From contig CP068257.2 of NCBI GenBank assembly GCA_009914755.4, positions 18,720,001-18,784,000 of the forward strand: DNA of 64,000 bases, in the 5' to 3' direction. The position numbers and the translations under genes are program-made. The stretch comes from the human T2T-CHM13v2.0 reference genome, Homo sapiens. The notes beneath the pieces were generated by a model. That model ran no database searches. It was given only the letters and a program-made list of their open reading frames with translations, and was not told where the DNA came from. Shown one piece after another: positions 41,648 to 54,600 of this stretch (positions are counted from its first letter, which is position 1; every line of letters begins with the position of its first letter).

Positions 41648-42175
41648 ATTGATCTGTTGAAAAATGTGCCCTCAACTTATATTCTGCTGGGTCTTTAATT
41701 CAGTTCAAACAATATCGTTGCCAAACAATATTTTCTCATGAACAATTGTTTTTACTATTCCTCCTTTTGAAGTCAATCCATCATTAAACATTGTTTATGG
41801 TTAAGTGAATAATTTACTAGATTAAACTCATCCACCTAAGTTGAAATACTATGTTCTCAAAGAGAACAAAAGGTACATATTAAATACTATTTAAAAAAAA
41901 TTTTTGATTAAAATCTATTTGGCTTTGAAATTGCTGAAGCACTCTTGCTTATTGTAGGAACACTACTTATAATCTTCATGCAAGGAATTTTTTATTTCTT
42001 TAGATTTAAAACCAAATCGCCACCCATACATATGAAATTAATCTAAAATTTTGAAAGCCATTTTTCTGAATAAACTAGAATGATTTTGTAATTGAGCTTA
42101 CTCTGCAAATGGCAATTCAGTCCGGAATTTGTGCAGGAATTAAGGTCAATATTTCTTTGACACTTTAATTTCTGT
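41648..42175 (+). repeat. copy B of the ~520-bp direct duplication
   Basis: ATTGATCTGTTGAAAAATGTGCCCTCAACTTATATTCTGCTGGGTCTTTAATTCAGTTCAAACAATATCGTTGCCAAACAATATTTTCTCATGAACAATTGTTTTTACTATTCCTCCTTTTGAAGTCAATCCATCATTAAACATTGTTTATGGTTAAGTGAATAATTTACTAGATTAAACTCATCCACCTAAGTTGAAATACTATG...TTTTCTGAATAAACTAGAATGATTTTGTAATTGAGCTTACTCTGCAAATGGCAATTCAGTCCGGAATTTGTGCAGGAATTAAGGTCAAT. By eye it is roughly 85-90% identical to copy A, with small indels. Confidence 0.85.
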
Positions 42176-44599
42176 ACATTTTTGTTTTTACGACGTTTTT
42201 ATTTCCTCTGGTAAAATTAATAAAATTCATGCGTGGTTGAACACTTGTACTCTGTTGGACCAATTAATTTTGAACTTTAAAATATGAAATGAGCACCTTT
42301 TGTTGTACTGTGACTATATTTCTATAAAAATTCACTTACTTTTAATTATAAAATTTTAGGCTATGTAATTAATGCATAAGAAGTAGATTGTCAGTCAAGT
42401 TAGAAGTCAACTGTTCTCAAATATTCAAAAGAGAAATTTTGAAGAACTTTAATACTTTGCATTTATCTATACATCTACATCCTATGGTATATTGTATAAA
42501 TATTATTGGCTTGCAAATATAAAAAATATCTCTTTTGTTAAAAGAATAGTAAATAAATTAATTATGTCTAAAATACACATAGCCTGGTTTGAAATTCATC
42601 ATAAGTTTTGAAATGCATGATAGACTGTAATGCTTCCAAGGATACTGTAATCATTAATCATGTTCTCTACTTGCAGTGTTTATCTGAAAATATTTCTTAA
42701 ATCAATAGCTTGAAGAGACTATTTGATAGTGATTATTAGTCATATTTTATTTTATCAGACAAGCACTGTTTCAATTTAAAAGCATTTAGATAGCTCTTAC
42801 ATGCCTAAATCATTATGTACAGTCTTTACAATTTACATTATAAAGTCTCCTAAACTAGGTAATCATTATCATGATAGCAATATATAAGATTACAAGGAGC
42901 AGATGGCCTAACATCTTTCAGCTTTCATTGGAAATATTTTAGCAAAAATATGTAGTTAAAATTTCTCAGTTATAAGAGATTGGTTTTCCGAAAATTTATG
43001 TTAATATTGATAAAATTCAATATAAAATTTACTAATTTTATCATGAATAGTTTTCAGTAAATCACTTCATGATTTTCAGAAAACACAGAGTACCATTGTC
43101 TAAATTATTTTATATGACTTGAAGGTTTTTGTTTTGTTTTAATATAAACATTTAGAAGGTTTTCTCTCAGAAAAAAAAAAATCAATATATTCAGGGATAT
43201 TTAGGCATCCCAAATGCTACATATCAAAATCCAAGTAATAAAGTGGTGGAAAATTGTAAAAGGTTATTTTAACATTTTCTTATTTTGTGTAACACTCTTT
43301 TGACTAAGGACAGCTATAGAATGCAAAGTTAAGTGAAAGTAAAGATCAAATAACTAGCTCATTTTACTCAAGGGAAAAACAAATATATTATCTCACTATT
43401 GTGATCACGCAAGGATAGTTTCAGTCCCCAAGGATACCCTCCCAAGAGCTCATGTATTAGATAGCAATGTATTAAGATGACTATAAATGATAAACTTGAC
43501 ATTCTTTTAATGCTACTCCTACTGTAAAATTTTTTTAAAAAGTGTTTGACTAGATCCTTCCCTGCTGTCCCATTTTTTTATTGTTTTGGTTTTGTGTTTT
43601 GGATTTTTTTCTTCTACACTGCCAAGGTTGCAGTGAGACTGAAATAATTAATGGGGATGGTGAAAGTAGGTGGATACTTACGTGATAATGGAATACCCTT
43701 TTAATTGTTTCTGAAACAATAACTTCCTGTCTTAATGAACATAATTTTTAACTCAATAACAGTACAAAGACAACAAAATCTTAAGCTTCAGAATTCATGT
43801 AATATATTGAATATACAAATGTTGCAATGTCATTTTTGTAGTAGTACTTTCTACTACTCCATTCCCAATATTCAGATATCATGATGTTGAGATAACATGT
43901 AATGTATGTATGGGTGTCAGAAGCAGAGGTAGTGGTGACCTCATTGTGACCAAATTGTAGGCAATGTGTTCTCTCCTACATCTCTTTGCCGTGTCACAAA
44001 TATGCTAAGGTAACAGTATCAGGGAAGACGAGCATATTAAAAATCTTACATCTATTATTGGATTTCTAATATTATTAATTGACTCACAGCAAGTTGTGAT
44101 TCGTTTCCATTCATCCATATATTCTTTCACTTATCCATACATAATATTTATTATGCACTTTTTCTTTGTCTGCCATTGCACCCTGGGAGTAAAAAGGTGA
44201 ACAAAAAAAAAAACAGTACTTGCCTTCATAGAGCTGACAATTTAGGGAGGAGACAAAAATACGCTCAATAATGCTCAAAATAAATATGTAACCAAAAAAT
44301 GGAAAAGTAAAAATGAGCAATGCTAAGAAATGGTGGAAGAACAGTATTTAACCTAGTATGAGGAAGAAAAGAAAGTTCTCTCCAATGAAACCTATAAAAC
44401 GATCATGAAGAATGAATAGATTAAAAAAGTGAAAGCACATTTAGATAAAGACAATGCCAGACAGAGGTAAGATGGAGTGTGCTATGTTCGTGGAAATAAA
44501 TGCAAGCCAGGGAGGATGAAACAAAAAGAATAAAGAAAGAGTGGAGGGAGAGGAGGTTGGAGACAGTAGCTAAGTGCAGATCATCCTGGGCCATTCTAA

Positions 44600-45015
44600 T
44601 GGCAAGGACTGTGTCCGGAATTTATTCCTTCTGGTGGGTTCTTGGTCTCACTGACTTTAAGAATGAAGCCCCAGACCCTCGCGGTGAGTGAGTGTTATAG
44701 CTCTTAGGGACCCAAAGAGTAAGCAGCAATAAGATTTATTGTCAAGAGCGAAAGTACAAACGTACCACAATCTGGAAGGTAACCCAAGCGGATTGGCGGT
44801 GCTAGCTCCGGTGGCCAGCGTTTATTCCCTTATTTGGCCCCACCCACATCCTGCTGATTGGTCCATTTTACAGAGTGCTGATTGGTCCATTTTACAGAGT
44901 GCTGATTGGTGTGTTTTTACAGAGTGCTGATTGGTGCATTTACAACCCTTTAGCTAGACACAGAAGTTCTCCAAGTCCCCACCCTACCCAGAAGCCCAGT
45001 TGGCTTCACCTCTCA
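44600..45015 (+). mobile_element. LTR12 (HERV-9 LTR) fragment retaining the tandem CCAAT-box (NF-Y) repeat array; truncated solo-LTR piece
   Basis: TTCCTTCTGGTGGGTTCTTGGTCTCACTGACTTTAAGAATGAAGCCCCAGACCCTCGCGGTGAGTGAGTGTTATAGCTCTTAGGGACCCAAAGAGTAAGCAGCAATAAGATTTATTGTCAAGAGCGAAAG...TTATTTGGCCCCACCCACATCCTGCTGATTGGTCCATTTTACAGAGTGCTGATTGGTCCATTTTACAGAGTGCTGATTGGTGTGTTTTTACAGAGTGCTGATTGGTGCATTTACAACCCTTTAGCTAGACACAGAAGTTCTCCAAGTCCCCACCCTACCCAGAAGCCCAGTTGGCTTCACCTCTCA matches the characteristic LTR12 U3 end, including four copies of the GCTGATTGG (inverted CCAAT) unit. Confidence 0.7.
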
Positions 45016-47016
45016 GGACTTTGGTACCATATACTCATTTACAGTTTCCATGCGAGGGAATTATATTAAGCTTTCTTAATGACATTCTGATTACTTGTCC
45101 AGGTGTGTTGCGGCTTCTTATTTCATTCACCCAGAAACTATTGAGTGATTACTCGGGATCCAGTGCTTTTTCAGCAAACCCAAATTAGTCACCCCAAAAA
45201 AGCAAATAATATAGACCAGAGGAACTAGTGTTGCTTACTCTCCTAGGGTATCAAGTGTTTCACAGTATAATGCATCCAAAAGGTAATGATTCATAAAATA
45301 TCAATACTAATTAAGAAATACGGCAAAGTGAAGATTTATTCTACCTCAATTTCAAGTATTTGAAGGGACTGAGAGTCAAGATTATTTATAGTGCTTCTCT
45401 ATGGTGACATTATTTTAATGGTGTCATTTAAATCCATTTTTGGTGCAATACAGTAATTCCTAAATGATAAATTACACTATTTAATATTTCAACAGAGACA
45501 TTTGTTAGATATAGAGGTCCAATTTTTTAAATGAAGAGTTTAAAGATTTGCTTGCATCTTAAACTGAAATCCTGCATTAAATTAGTAATTTGTAAACTTA
45601 CCATTTGATTTGTAAGAAATATCATATATTGATTGTAAAACAAATGTTATATGTTGTTTTTTAGATCCACTTAACTTTCAGTGTTCAGCAACTCCACGAA
45701 GAATCCACAACTTGAAAACAAAAGATGAAAAATGATGAGTTCACGTACATAGCTGTACTCTTAGTCCCAAACCAATAAATCTTTTGCCCTCTTTCTAATT
45801 TATCACATGTTTGTAAAAGAGATTTGCTTCTGGGGAGAACGTGTTAAATAGGGAAGTTCATATTTGAAACATTTACATCATTTTCTTGCCCTCTTTCTGT
45901 TTACCAACAAAACAAAATGATATTTGGAAATGAATGATTTTGAGGAAATATTATGAGTATATATTAAAAGTTTTGACCTTTTTCTTATTTATATGGTTCA
46001 AATGAGTGCATTGTGAGCCAAAAATGCAAGATGGATCGAGAATGTTCTTGTCCAACTAGAATTTGTTAAGAGGCTCCAAACTGCCGTTAGGAATCAGAGT
46101 TGGAGAGACAGTGATTTCTATGTGTATCTGAATGTTACTGTGTTCTGGCTGTTATGCAAAAAAGAAAAGGGCATAAATAGTCAAGCAGCAATAGGAAGCT
46201 TACTGGAGCAACAGTTAATGTTACAACTTGGTGACAGGTATGCGATTCCCATTATCCCATCACCACCAGAGGCAGCTGATAGACATCCAAAGTAAGCTCC
46301 TAGGAACCCAAATGAGACTGAGGAAAACACAGGGCCGCCCGTGCACTGTGGGGCTTTAAGAAAGAACCAGAGAACTTCTCCTCTAGTGTCAGTAGGGGCC
46401 AGCATACATAAGCAATGCCATAGTTCAGATGTTTGAATCGCGGCAGCCCTCTATAGCCAGCTCAGTGTAGGGGCTGAGGTTTGGAGGGGAAACTCTTTCC
46501 CCTGATATGTTTGGGGGCAGGGATACAAGAATTGCAGTTGCAGTTGTATTATGTAGTAAGATCTTTGCCACACCATTGGTGATGAATGAACTGAGACACG
46601 GGTCTAAGCTTTGAGACAGAATGAATTAAGCACTGGATTTGAAAGTGACCAGGACCCTCTCTAGGATTTTCTCCTTCAGGAGCTCAGCTATGGACAAGTT
46701 ACCCCTTACTTGTCACTGGCATGTATCAGGGGTACTTTTACACCATTTGAAGGCTCAATAGGACAGGTATTAAAGACTTACAATTATCATTATAGTTATT
46801 TACCCCCTTTAGCCTCTATTTGTGTGTCTCTGTGGGAACTCATTCACATTCCTCAGGAAGCTGCTCACTTCTGTTTCCTCAGAATTATTTACATTTTGGA
46901 ACATTTCCATACAGGTGTAGTAGGAGACATGAGCTATGATAAAATGGAGTCGGTTTACTAATATCTTCTGATCTTGTAATTGAATTAATGAAACTAATTT
47001 TTTACTCTTTTTGTAA

Positions 47017-47397
<381 letters not shown>

Positions 47398-49335
47398 TAA
47401 TTGTGTGCATGAATACACTCACCCACATAGATGTATAATTATGTCAACTTATACGTAAACACAAATACTTTTATAAGGAAGATTAAGTCACACCATATTG
47501 TGTTAGTTGTAGCTGAGAATTTTTGTAAAGCTTTTAAGCATGCAGACTTTATTTTCCCTTGCATCCAACTGCTATCCCAACATTTTACAACAGAAAAAAT
47601 AAAATCGTTGCTCTTTCTGACCCACTTTTTTCGCCTCAGGATATCTTTGTCTGTTCATAATTGGTTTACTATATTCACATTGTCAACAGAACTCTGTGCT
47701 TTTCAACATTTAACACCTGTGAAGAACTGTGACTTTACTGCAAGCAAAAGGCATGATTGGTTGCAAAAGACCTTTAGCTCACTAGCAGGTATGTTGGAGC
47801 GACAACAAATATCTTTCAGTTCAAAGAAATCTGAATCTGTAATTTACAGTTTTCTTTCTCTCACAATTACTGGCTTACTTTGTTTACTTTCAAATTCCTT
47901 GTAATATCTGGTGAACTTGGAAGATATATCTTTAGCTGTTTCCAGTATTCTCTCTAATTTTATTTTCATGTTTATTAGCAATTTTGGTATATATTTTTTC
48001 TTAGCAAAGATACTATATGTTTATTCAGTCTTCATCTTTCTTTCTAAATAATATCTCTCAGGCTTCTTATTTATGTGTACAAGTTCTATATTATATCAGC
48101 AAACAAAACAAAAACAATAATAACAAATGTTCATGAGTTTTTAGATACATTTCTCAAATGTAATGCTCCCAACATAAAAAATAGCCCAGTATCATGAAAT
48201 CCTTGGTGGTGGAATGAAAGCGTAGGTCATTTTGCATGAGGGCAGTGGGGACTCCAGTAGGGGCCCTAGTGTGGGGTTAAGAACGTGTGGGCAACATGAC
48301 CCTTTCAGAAGATTAGGAGGTGAGTGCATACAGGAAAGTCAATGAAATTTGTTGGTTAGCCTACCTAGGACAAAGGATTGAATTTTTTTTTCCTTACTCT
48401 TTTCTTTTGTCTCTTAACCACATGGTCTTTTCCTATAGACCTTCAGAGTTAGCAGGAGATGACTTGTAGTGGTGCAACACCTGTCAGCCTTAAATAACAA
48501 GATTCAGAAAATACAATTCAGCATAGAGTTTTTTCAACCCCAAAGCTTGAGGATGGCCACCCAGGAGCATAGATTCAAGTTGCTATGAATATGCACTCCA
48601 ATTAGCAGCAGTTACAAGTGAGTTTTTAAGGGGGAAAAAAAAGAGAGGCAATTTCTAGGTTGCTTACCAAGAATTTGCATCAAAATAATATAAGCTGTTA
48701 ATTGATTCTACATTGTTCTTTGTATCGCAAATTCCAGGAACATGAAGATAATGGGTGAGGCAACTAGTCAGGGAAAAAAATCCTTGAAAAACTATTGTCC
48801 CTGGGCATAGGGGTTGGATGGGGGTGGAGTGGGTGTGACTGAAGTCCTATCTTCATACTCTTGTCTCTGGCATACCTCACATAGCTCACACTGGTCTCAG
48901 CTATTTTTTTCCTCACACCATAGCACTGGCCTGCTATGTATGCAGTGGGTAGACTGGCAGGGGAGGAGGTTAGATTCCAAAATTGTGTAGGGCTTTTATT
49001 CCCGACTCAAATATTTTACCATGATATTTTATATTAAAATTATTTTTAGTACCAACATGTCAAATCTGAAAATAATGTTTTGAGTTATAAAGTACCCAAA
49101 TGACAGTGTAAGTGTTAAGGTATTTGAGACCAGTCATATCCAACCACAGTCCTCATCACTGCCATCTTCTTTCACCGTACCTCTTTGTTTTTTTCTCTTC
49201 TGTCAGCGATGTGAGTTTAACTCCAAGTGCTTTCTTTCCCTTTGCAGAAGGACTGAGCCTTCCAAAAGAAGGTCCCCCAAAGAATAGAGTTTTGCTTCAC
49301 TCAATTCAAGTGGACAGTTTGGAAGGTGTTGAAGG

Positions 49336-49482
49336 TTTTTGTTTTGTTTTGTTTTTATGAGTTGGAGTCTTGATCTGTTGCCCAGGCTGGAGTACAATGG
49401 TGCTATCATAGCTCTCTGCAGCCTTAAACTCCTGGGGTCAAGTGATCCTTCCACCTCAGCCTCCCAAGTAGCTGGTGCATGA
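49336..49482 (-). mobile_element. partial Alu (right-arm fragment)
   Basis: T-rich, then GAGTTGGAGTCTTGATCTGTTGCCCAGGCTGGAGTACAATGGTGCTATCATAGCTCTCTGCAGCCTTAAACTCCTGGGGTCAAGTGATCCTTCCACCTCAGCCTCCCAAGTAGCTGG. Confidence 0.75.
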
Positions 49483-49593
49483 CACTACACTTGTATAATT
49501 TTAAAAATTGCTTTAAAGTTGGAATCTCACTATGTTTTTCTTTCTTTTGCACCATTTCATGGATGCCAAGGAGCTTAGCTGATGTATCCAAAT

Positions 49594-49626
49594 ATGTATG
49601 TATGTGTATGTGTATGTGTGTGTGTA
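49594..49626. repeat. (TGTA)n/(TG)n microsatellite
   Basis: ATGTATGTATGTGTATGTGTATGTGTGTGTGTAAC. Confidence 0.85.
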
Positions 49627-50047
49627 ACTGTCCCACATATTTTTGAAGGTTGGTCAGCAGAGTATATAAACACTTGTGAGGATGGAGAATATAAACCAAA
49701 AATAAAATTATAAGCACCCCAACTTACTGAATGAACCCCTCCTCTTAGCCAAGGGCCTTCCAAAGTTAACCTGAAAAACTAGTTCAAACCATGATGGGAA
49801 GGGGGGTTGAGGAAGCCTCATTATACTCTCTTCTCTTTGGAATTCAGGCACAACTGACCAGCCTGAACATTAAAACAGAGATCTTAACACTCACAAAACA
49901 TACTCTGTAGCAATAAGGTACCAAATTCGAACCTGACTCTCTAGTATAGCATCACATGATAGATAACAAACCCTGAAATTAAACAAAGTACGTTACCTCA
50001 AAATGTATTTCTTTGACATATCTTAAAATGACCCTGCAAAGCTGTCT

Positions 50048-50592
50048 ATTGTGGGGGGAAATTTACATTTTGTAGAGAATCTCCTTCACTTACTAGGTCT
50101 TTTCAGGAGAGTCTATCACCTTTTAAGGTCTGATAAGAAGACCTAAACCATCTACTGTCTCTGAAGTAAGCTTCCTGGAGGCTTCATCTGCATGGGAAGA
50201 ATCTTGGTTTTCACAGCCTAACCTTACCTTAACCCCAAGTATTTCTTTCTGTTGACTTGAACTCTTTAGGCAAAACTTAACTCTTTCAGCAAATTGCCAG
50301 TCAGGAATCTTTGAATCTCTCTAACACCTAGAAACCTCCTTACCTCCCTGAAAGCCCTTCTTAGAGATGTCCTGCCTTTCCACCCTGAACCAATATACAC
50401 CTTACATGTATTCATTGATGTCTGCCTGTAACTTCTGCCTCCCTAAAATGTACAAAATAAAATTGTGACCAAGCCGCCTTGTGCAAATGTTCTCAGGACC
50501 TCCTGAGGCTGTCTCATGGGCATGTCCTTAACCTTGGCAAAATAAACTTCCAAACTGATTGAGACTTGTCTCAGATACGTTTTGGTTAACAC
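50048..50592 (+). mobile_element. probable solo LTR (ERV class I-like), about 545 bp, TG...CA termini with an internal AATAAA signal
   Basis: Begins TGTGGGGGGAAATTTACATTTTG and ends ...CAGATACGTTTTGGTTAACA. The 3' third has an LTR-like architecture: ...CCTCCCTAAAATGTACAAAATAAAATTGTGACCAAGCCGCCTTGTGCAAATGTTCTCAGGACCTCCTGAGGCTGTCTCATGGGCATGTCCTTAACCTTGGCAAAATAAACTTCCAAACTGATTGAGACTTGTCTC (poly-A signal followed by a GT-rich stretch). The family is not identified. Confidence 0.4.
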
Positions 50593-51260
50593 AGTAAAGA
50601 TTTTTATGACTGGCCAAATCTTTATTTCCTGAAGGTGATATGACCCACTTTTTTAGGAATCCATGAAAAATTTTGGAGATCCGCAAATGCATTTACTATC
50701 TGTAAACATAGAATATTATCTTCTATTGTGCATAAACATTTCTCAAAATGTTCACACCCTATTTCTTTAAAGAAAATATATATCCTCTACACCTGTTTGT
50801 GTTCCTTAATAACATATAATTGTCTCCTTGTGAAATCATGCACTTCTAGACTTTCCAGATATTCCTCACCTTCTGAACTTTTATATTGTGTTTTCTTGAA
50901 TTAATTATTAATAAAGTCTACAATATTCTTAATTTTTCACAAATTTATTATTTATTGTTTATTCCCTTAAGTGTGACCTGTCTCTGCCTGTGTTAGTTAC
51001 ATATTGCTGCAAATTATCTCAAATGTAGTGGTTTATGAGAACAAACATTTATTATCATCCAATTTCTGTGGTCAGAAATTTGAAGCTGGCTTAGCTAGGC
51101 AACTCAATGTCTTTCATTTGGTTGCAATTAGGATGTCAGCTGGGGCTGCTGTCCTCAGAAGGCGTGACTAGGGCTGGCACCAAAGAGTCTCACTCACATG
51201 GCCATTGGCATAGAGCTCAGTCCCTTGCCACCCAGATCTGTCCACAGGCTGCTTGAATGA

Positions 51261-51632
51261 TGTATTAGTTCATTTTCACACTGCTAATAAAGACATACCA
51301 GAAGCTGGGTAATTTGTAAAGAAAAAGAAGTTTAATGGAATCACAGTTCTACATAGCTGGGGAGGCCTCACAGTCTCAGCAGAAGGCGAAAGAGACATCT
51401 TACATCATAGCAGGCAAGAGAGAGAATGACAGCCGAGTAAAAGAGAAAACCCCTTGTAAAACCATTGGATCTCTTTAGACTTATTCACTACCACATGAAC
51501 AGTGTGGAGGAAGCTGCCCCAATGATTCAATTATCTCCCACTGGGTCCCTCTGACAACATGTGAGAATTATGGGAACTACAATTCAAGATGAGATTTGTG
51601 TGGGGACACAGCCAAACAGTATCAAATGGCCT
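51261..51632 (-). mobile_element. MaLR LTR (THE1/MST-type), minus orientation
   Basis: Reverse complement of the THE1/MST consensus: ends ...GGGAACTACAATTCAAGATGAGATTTGTGTGGGGACACAGCCAAACAGTATCA (reverse complement of TGATATGGTTTGGCTGTGTCCCCACCCAAATCTCATCTTGAATTGTAGCTCCC) and starts TGTATTAGTTCATTTTCACACTGCTAATAAAGACATACCAGAAGCTGGGTAATTTGTAAAGAAAAAGAAGTTTAATGGAATCACAGTTCTACATAGCTGGGGAGGCCTCACAGTCTCAGCAGAAGGCGAAAG. Confidence 0.7.
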
Positions 51633-54600
51633 CTCAACATAGCAGAAAGAGCATGGCAGAAAGAACAATGCAATGGATCGTGGTGGAATTTGCAGTAATG
51701 CAATGCTAATAATAATGAAGTCTCTAAAGTCGCACACGCCATCAATTCTACTTTGTCCTACTCATTAGTAGTGAGTTACTAAGTCCAGCCCACTTTCTAG
51801 GGGAGGGACTTAGGTTCTACCTCTTGAAGGGAGAAGCATCAGAGTTTTGGGGGCATATTTTAAAACCACCACACTGCCTATAGTCCAGTGTGGGATCCTC
51901 ATATTTATAAATCTAGGGCATCTCAAACTCTGTGATAGAAAGTTGTGGGGAAGGTGATACAAGAGAAGATGGACTCTCCTGGCTTCCTATCATGTATTCC
52001 ATAATGAATTTCTTTCAATTACATGAAACCCTTCTTTTGGGTCCATATGATTATACTCAGTACTTTTCTAATCTTTGGATCCATATTTTCTAGAAATGTC
52101 CCTTCCACTTACAGATTTTAAGTAGCTCCCTACTACGGGCGCATTCCAACTTCTACAATAATCTTAGGAGAGTTTAATGTCTCAGAAAACTCCTTAAAAG
52201 GAATGACTTTTCTTAATTTTAGTGGCCTAGATTTCTGTTCCATTTGATTCACAAAGTACACATTCTCATGTAAATGATTCCGCCTCAGAAATTATCAAGT
52301 GTGGTATTCCTCTCTCAGGACACAACCTCTCTGCTGCTTCAGATATCTCCTTCCTTCACTTCCTCCACACCTGATCTTTAGCCTGGCTCTTACATATTCT
52401 CCACGATGCTGCCAAGAAAAGAGAGCAGAAGCATTTAGAACAGGAGTTACTTTTAAAAAGAAAGTTACTTTTGTCAAATGATGCTCCAACCTATAGACAA
52501 AATGAACTCTTTGTGGATAACTGAGATGCTTAAGTTAAAGCAAAACCAGGAGGCCCTAGCAGGATGGGGTGGGGAGGGTTGGGGGGTTGGGCAGTTACAC
52601 TCCATGTGTGCTCACAAAATGTTGCAAAAGTATCACAAGACTTCCGTTCGTTTCTGCCATCAAGTTAAACCAAAATAGGCTACAGTGGGGAATCTCCCAA
52701 CTGACAAAGGACTGACCACCTAGAGTCAGCCAATAAAGAGAGACTTGTGGCTTTAGGCTTAAGGGTTGTCCAATCAAGGCTCTGATCCCACTCCTCAGCC
52801 TTGCAGTTTTTGTCTTTATAATCTCTAACTCTCCAACGTCCCCTTGAAGAGCTTTTAACTTTGTCCTGAAAGCTACATCTCCCCAACCTGTAGATTGCTT
52901 TCCGAAAATAAGGTCCGTGCCCTCTCTCTCTCTTTTTGTCTCTGCAGATTTCATGGCCTTTTTTTTAACACTTTTAGAGAATGAAAGGCAATCAAACAAG
53001 AAAGTCTGGTTCACCAAATAAAAGAATACAACAACATTTAAAGAAAAAATATCTGGAAAAATATGACTAAGGTTATGAAATTTATGGTATATTCATGGTA
53101 GACAGTGGTAATATTTTATTCGCAAAGATCATGCTATAAATTCAGATATTGTCAAAGCAAATAAGGAAATTGAGGAGAAATGTCTTTGTTAAGAAATTCA
53201 GGTTTATTGTTTTGTGTGCAAAATTTCTCCCTTCCACCTGCAACTTGGCTATGTAAGTTGTGCTTAATGATGTTGGAAGTAGAAAAAGCTACCAGTTGTT
53301 GTTTCTTCAGTGCTAAAACCACTTTCTTTGGAGTCCTCTTGACCTACCTCATGATTCATGGTATGAATAGTTGAGTCACGAGGTCTCTTAATCTTCTTAA
53401 AAAGAATCTATCACTCCAGTGTCAGTCACCAGCAACCTCAAAGCAATAAACATATGTAATATACTGAAGTGATCAGATACACCTGCTGCTGCCCTGTTCC
53501 ACCTGAGACCTGAACAGATAAAAGTGAAACATCACAGAGATAAAATAAAAACAGACCCACCTGGGAGAATCATGAAAGCAGCCAGGTCCTGACCTTGTTC
53601 AAGAGGCCTTGGGAGGCTCTGCCTGAGAGAACACTGAGGACTTCTTTCAATTTTGGCAGCTGCTGCTAGAAGCTCTGGCTGAGAGAGGTAGCGATCGCCC
53701 AGCTGATTGATGTCTGAAGGACTTCCAGAACCTTTCAACTCTTCTGTTAGCATGTTGACCTCCCAAACCATGCTGTGTTTCGCCACCCTAGTCTTATTAC
53801 TGCCTGTGTACTGAATACTAGTTGTTCAACTGGTAGTGTGTGAAGGTCTTGCAGCAAACAATGAATTTGAGCATATATAATTGGCTTTGAGTCACTGGGA
53901 AATCCTACAACTTAGTTAGGTCAGAGTTAGCACACCTAGAAAGTGGTGAACCTAATTAACATATCAATTGGTGTGGCTAATAACAGACATCATCCTAGAT
54001 TTAGATCATCTTAAATCCAACAAGTATCTTTATAAGAGAAGAGAAGACAGACACAAATGGAAAAAAGCCAAGTGAAGATGAAGGCAGATTAGAGTGATCC
54101 TGCCACAAGCCTGGAGCCATTAGGAGATGAAAGAAGCAAGAAAGCCTTCTCCTCTAAAGCCTTCAGAAACAGTGTGGTCCTGTCAACACATTCATTACAG
54201 ACTTTGGCCTCCAGAATTGTGAAAGGGTACACTTCTGTTGTTTTAACCCACAAAATTTGTAGTAATTTTTTATAGCATCCCCAGGATACTAATGTAGAGT
54301 GCAAAGTGGGGGTATGGCACGTGACTATAAGGTGAAAAGTGGTTGGGTGGGGAGGATTCTAGCTGAATCCTCTAAGGCTAAATCCTCTAAGGTTATTTAA
54401 AAGTAAATAGGCTTTTCTAATGGGTGGATATTTCATGATATTTCATCTGTGGCTGACTGTTTTTATTTTTTTTTCTGAAAATATTTTCCAAACCCAGAGG
54501 TGAGACAGAGTTTATATGCATGTCAGAGAGAATTCTAGGAGCAGACCCCAGGAACATTCTGGAAGTGCCTGGGAGCCCACAAGAGCCAATGTAAAGATAT

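Noticed and set aside
39551-42175. Repeat-spacer-repeat layout that could be taken for a CRISPR-like array
   Set aside because: There are only two repeat copies, each about 520 bp, only about 85-90% identical, with a 2.1-kb spacer, in a eukaryotic Alu/L1-rich context. Nothing about it resembles a CRISPR array.
47431-47904. Longest ORF in the window (157 aa, + strand)
   Set aside because: The translation is low-complexity and hydrophobic or serine/leucine-rich with no recognisable domain or motif. It lies in AT-rich sequence with no splice or Kozak context, and it follows an Alu directly. An ORF of this length is expected by chance in 64 kb of AT-rich DNA.
52595-53017. 140-aa ORF on the minus strand, overlapping the 68-aa ORF 52680-52886
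   Set aside because: No recognisable protein similarity. Two overlapping out-of-frame ORFs in a mildly GC-richer patch that contains the G-run GGATGGGGTGGGGAGGGTTGGGGGGTTGGG are typical of non-coding sequence, with no supporting gene structure.
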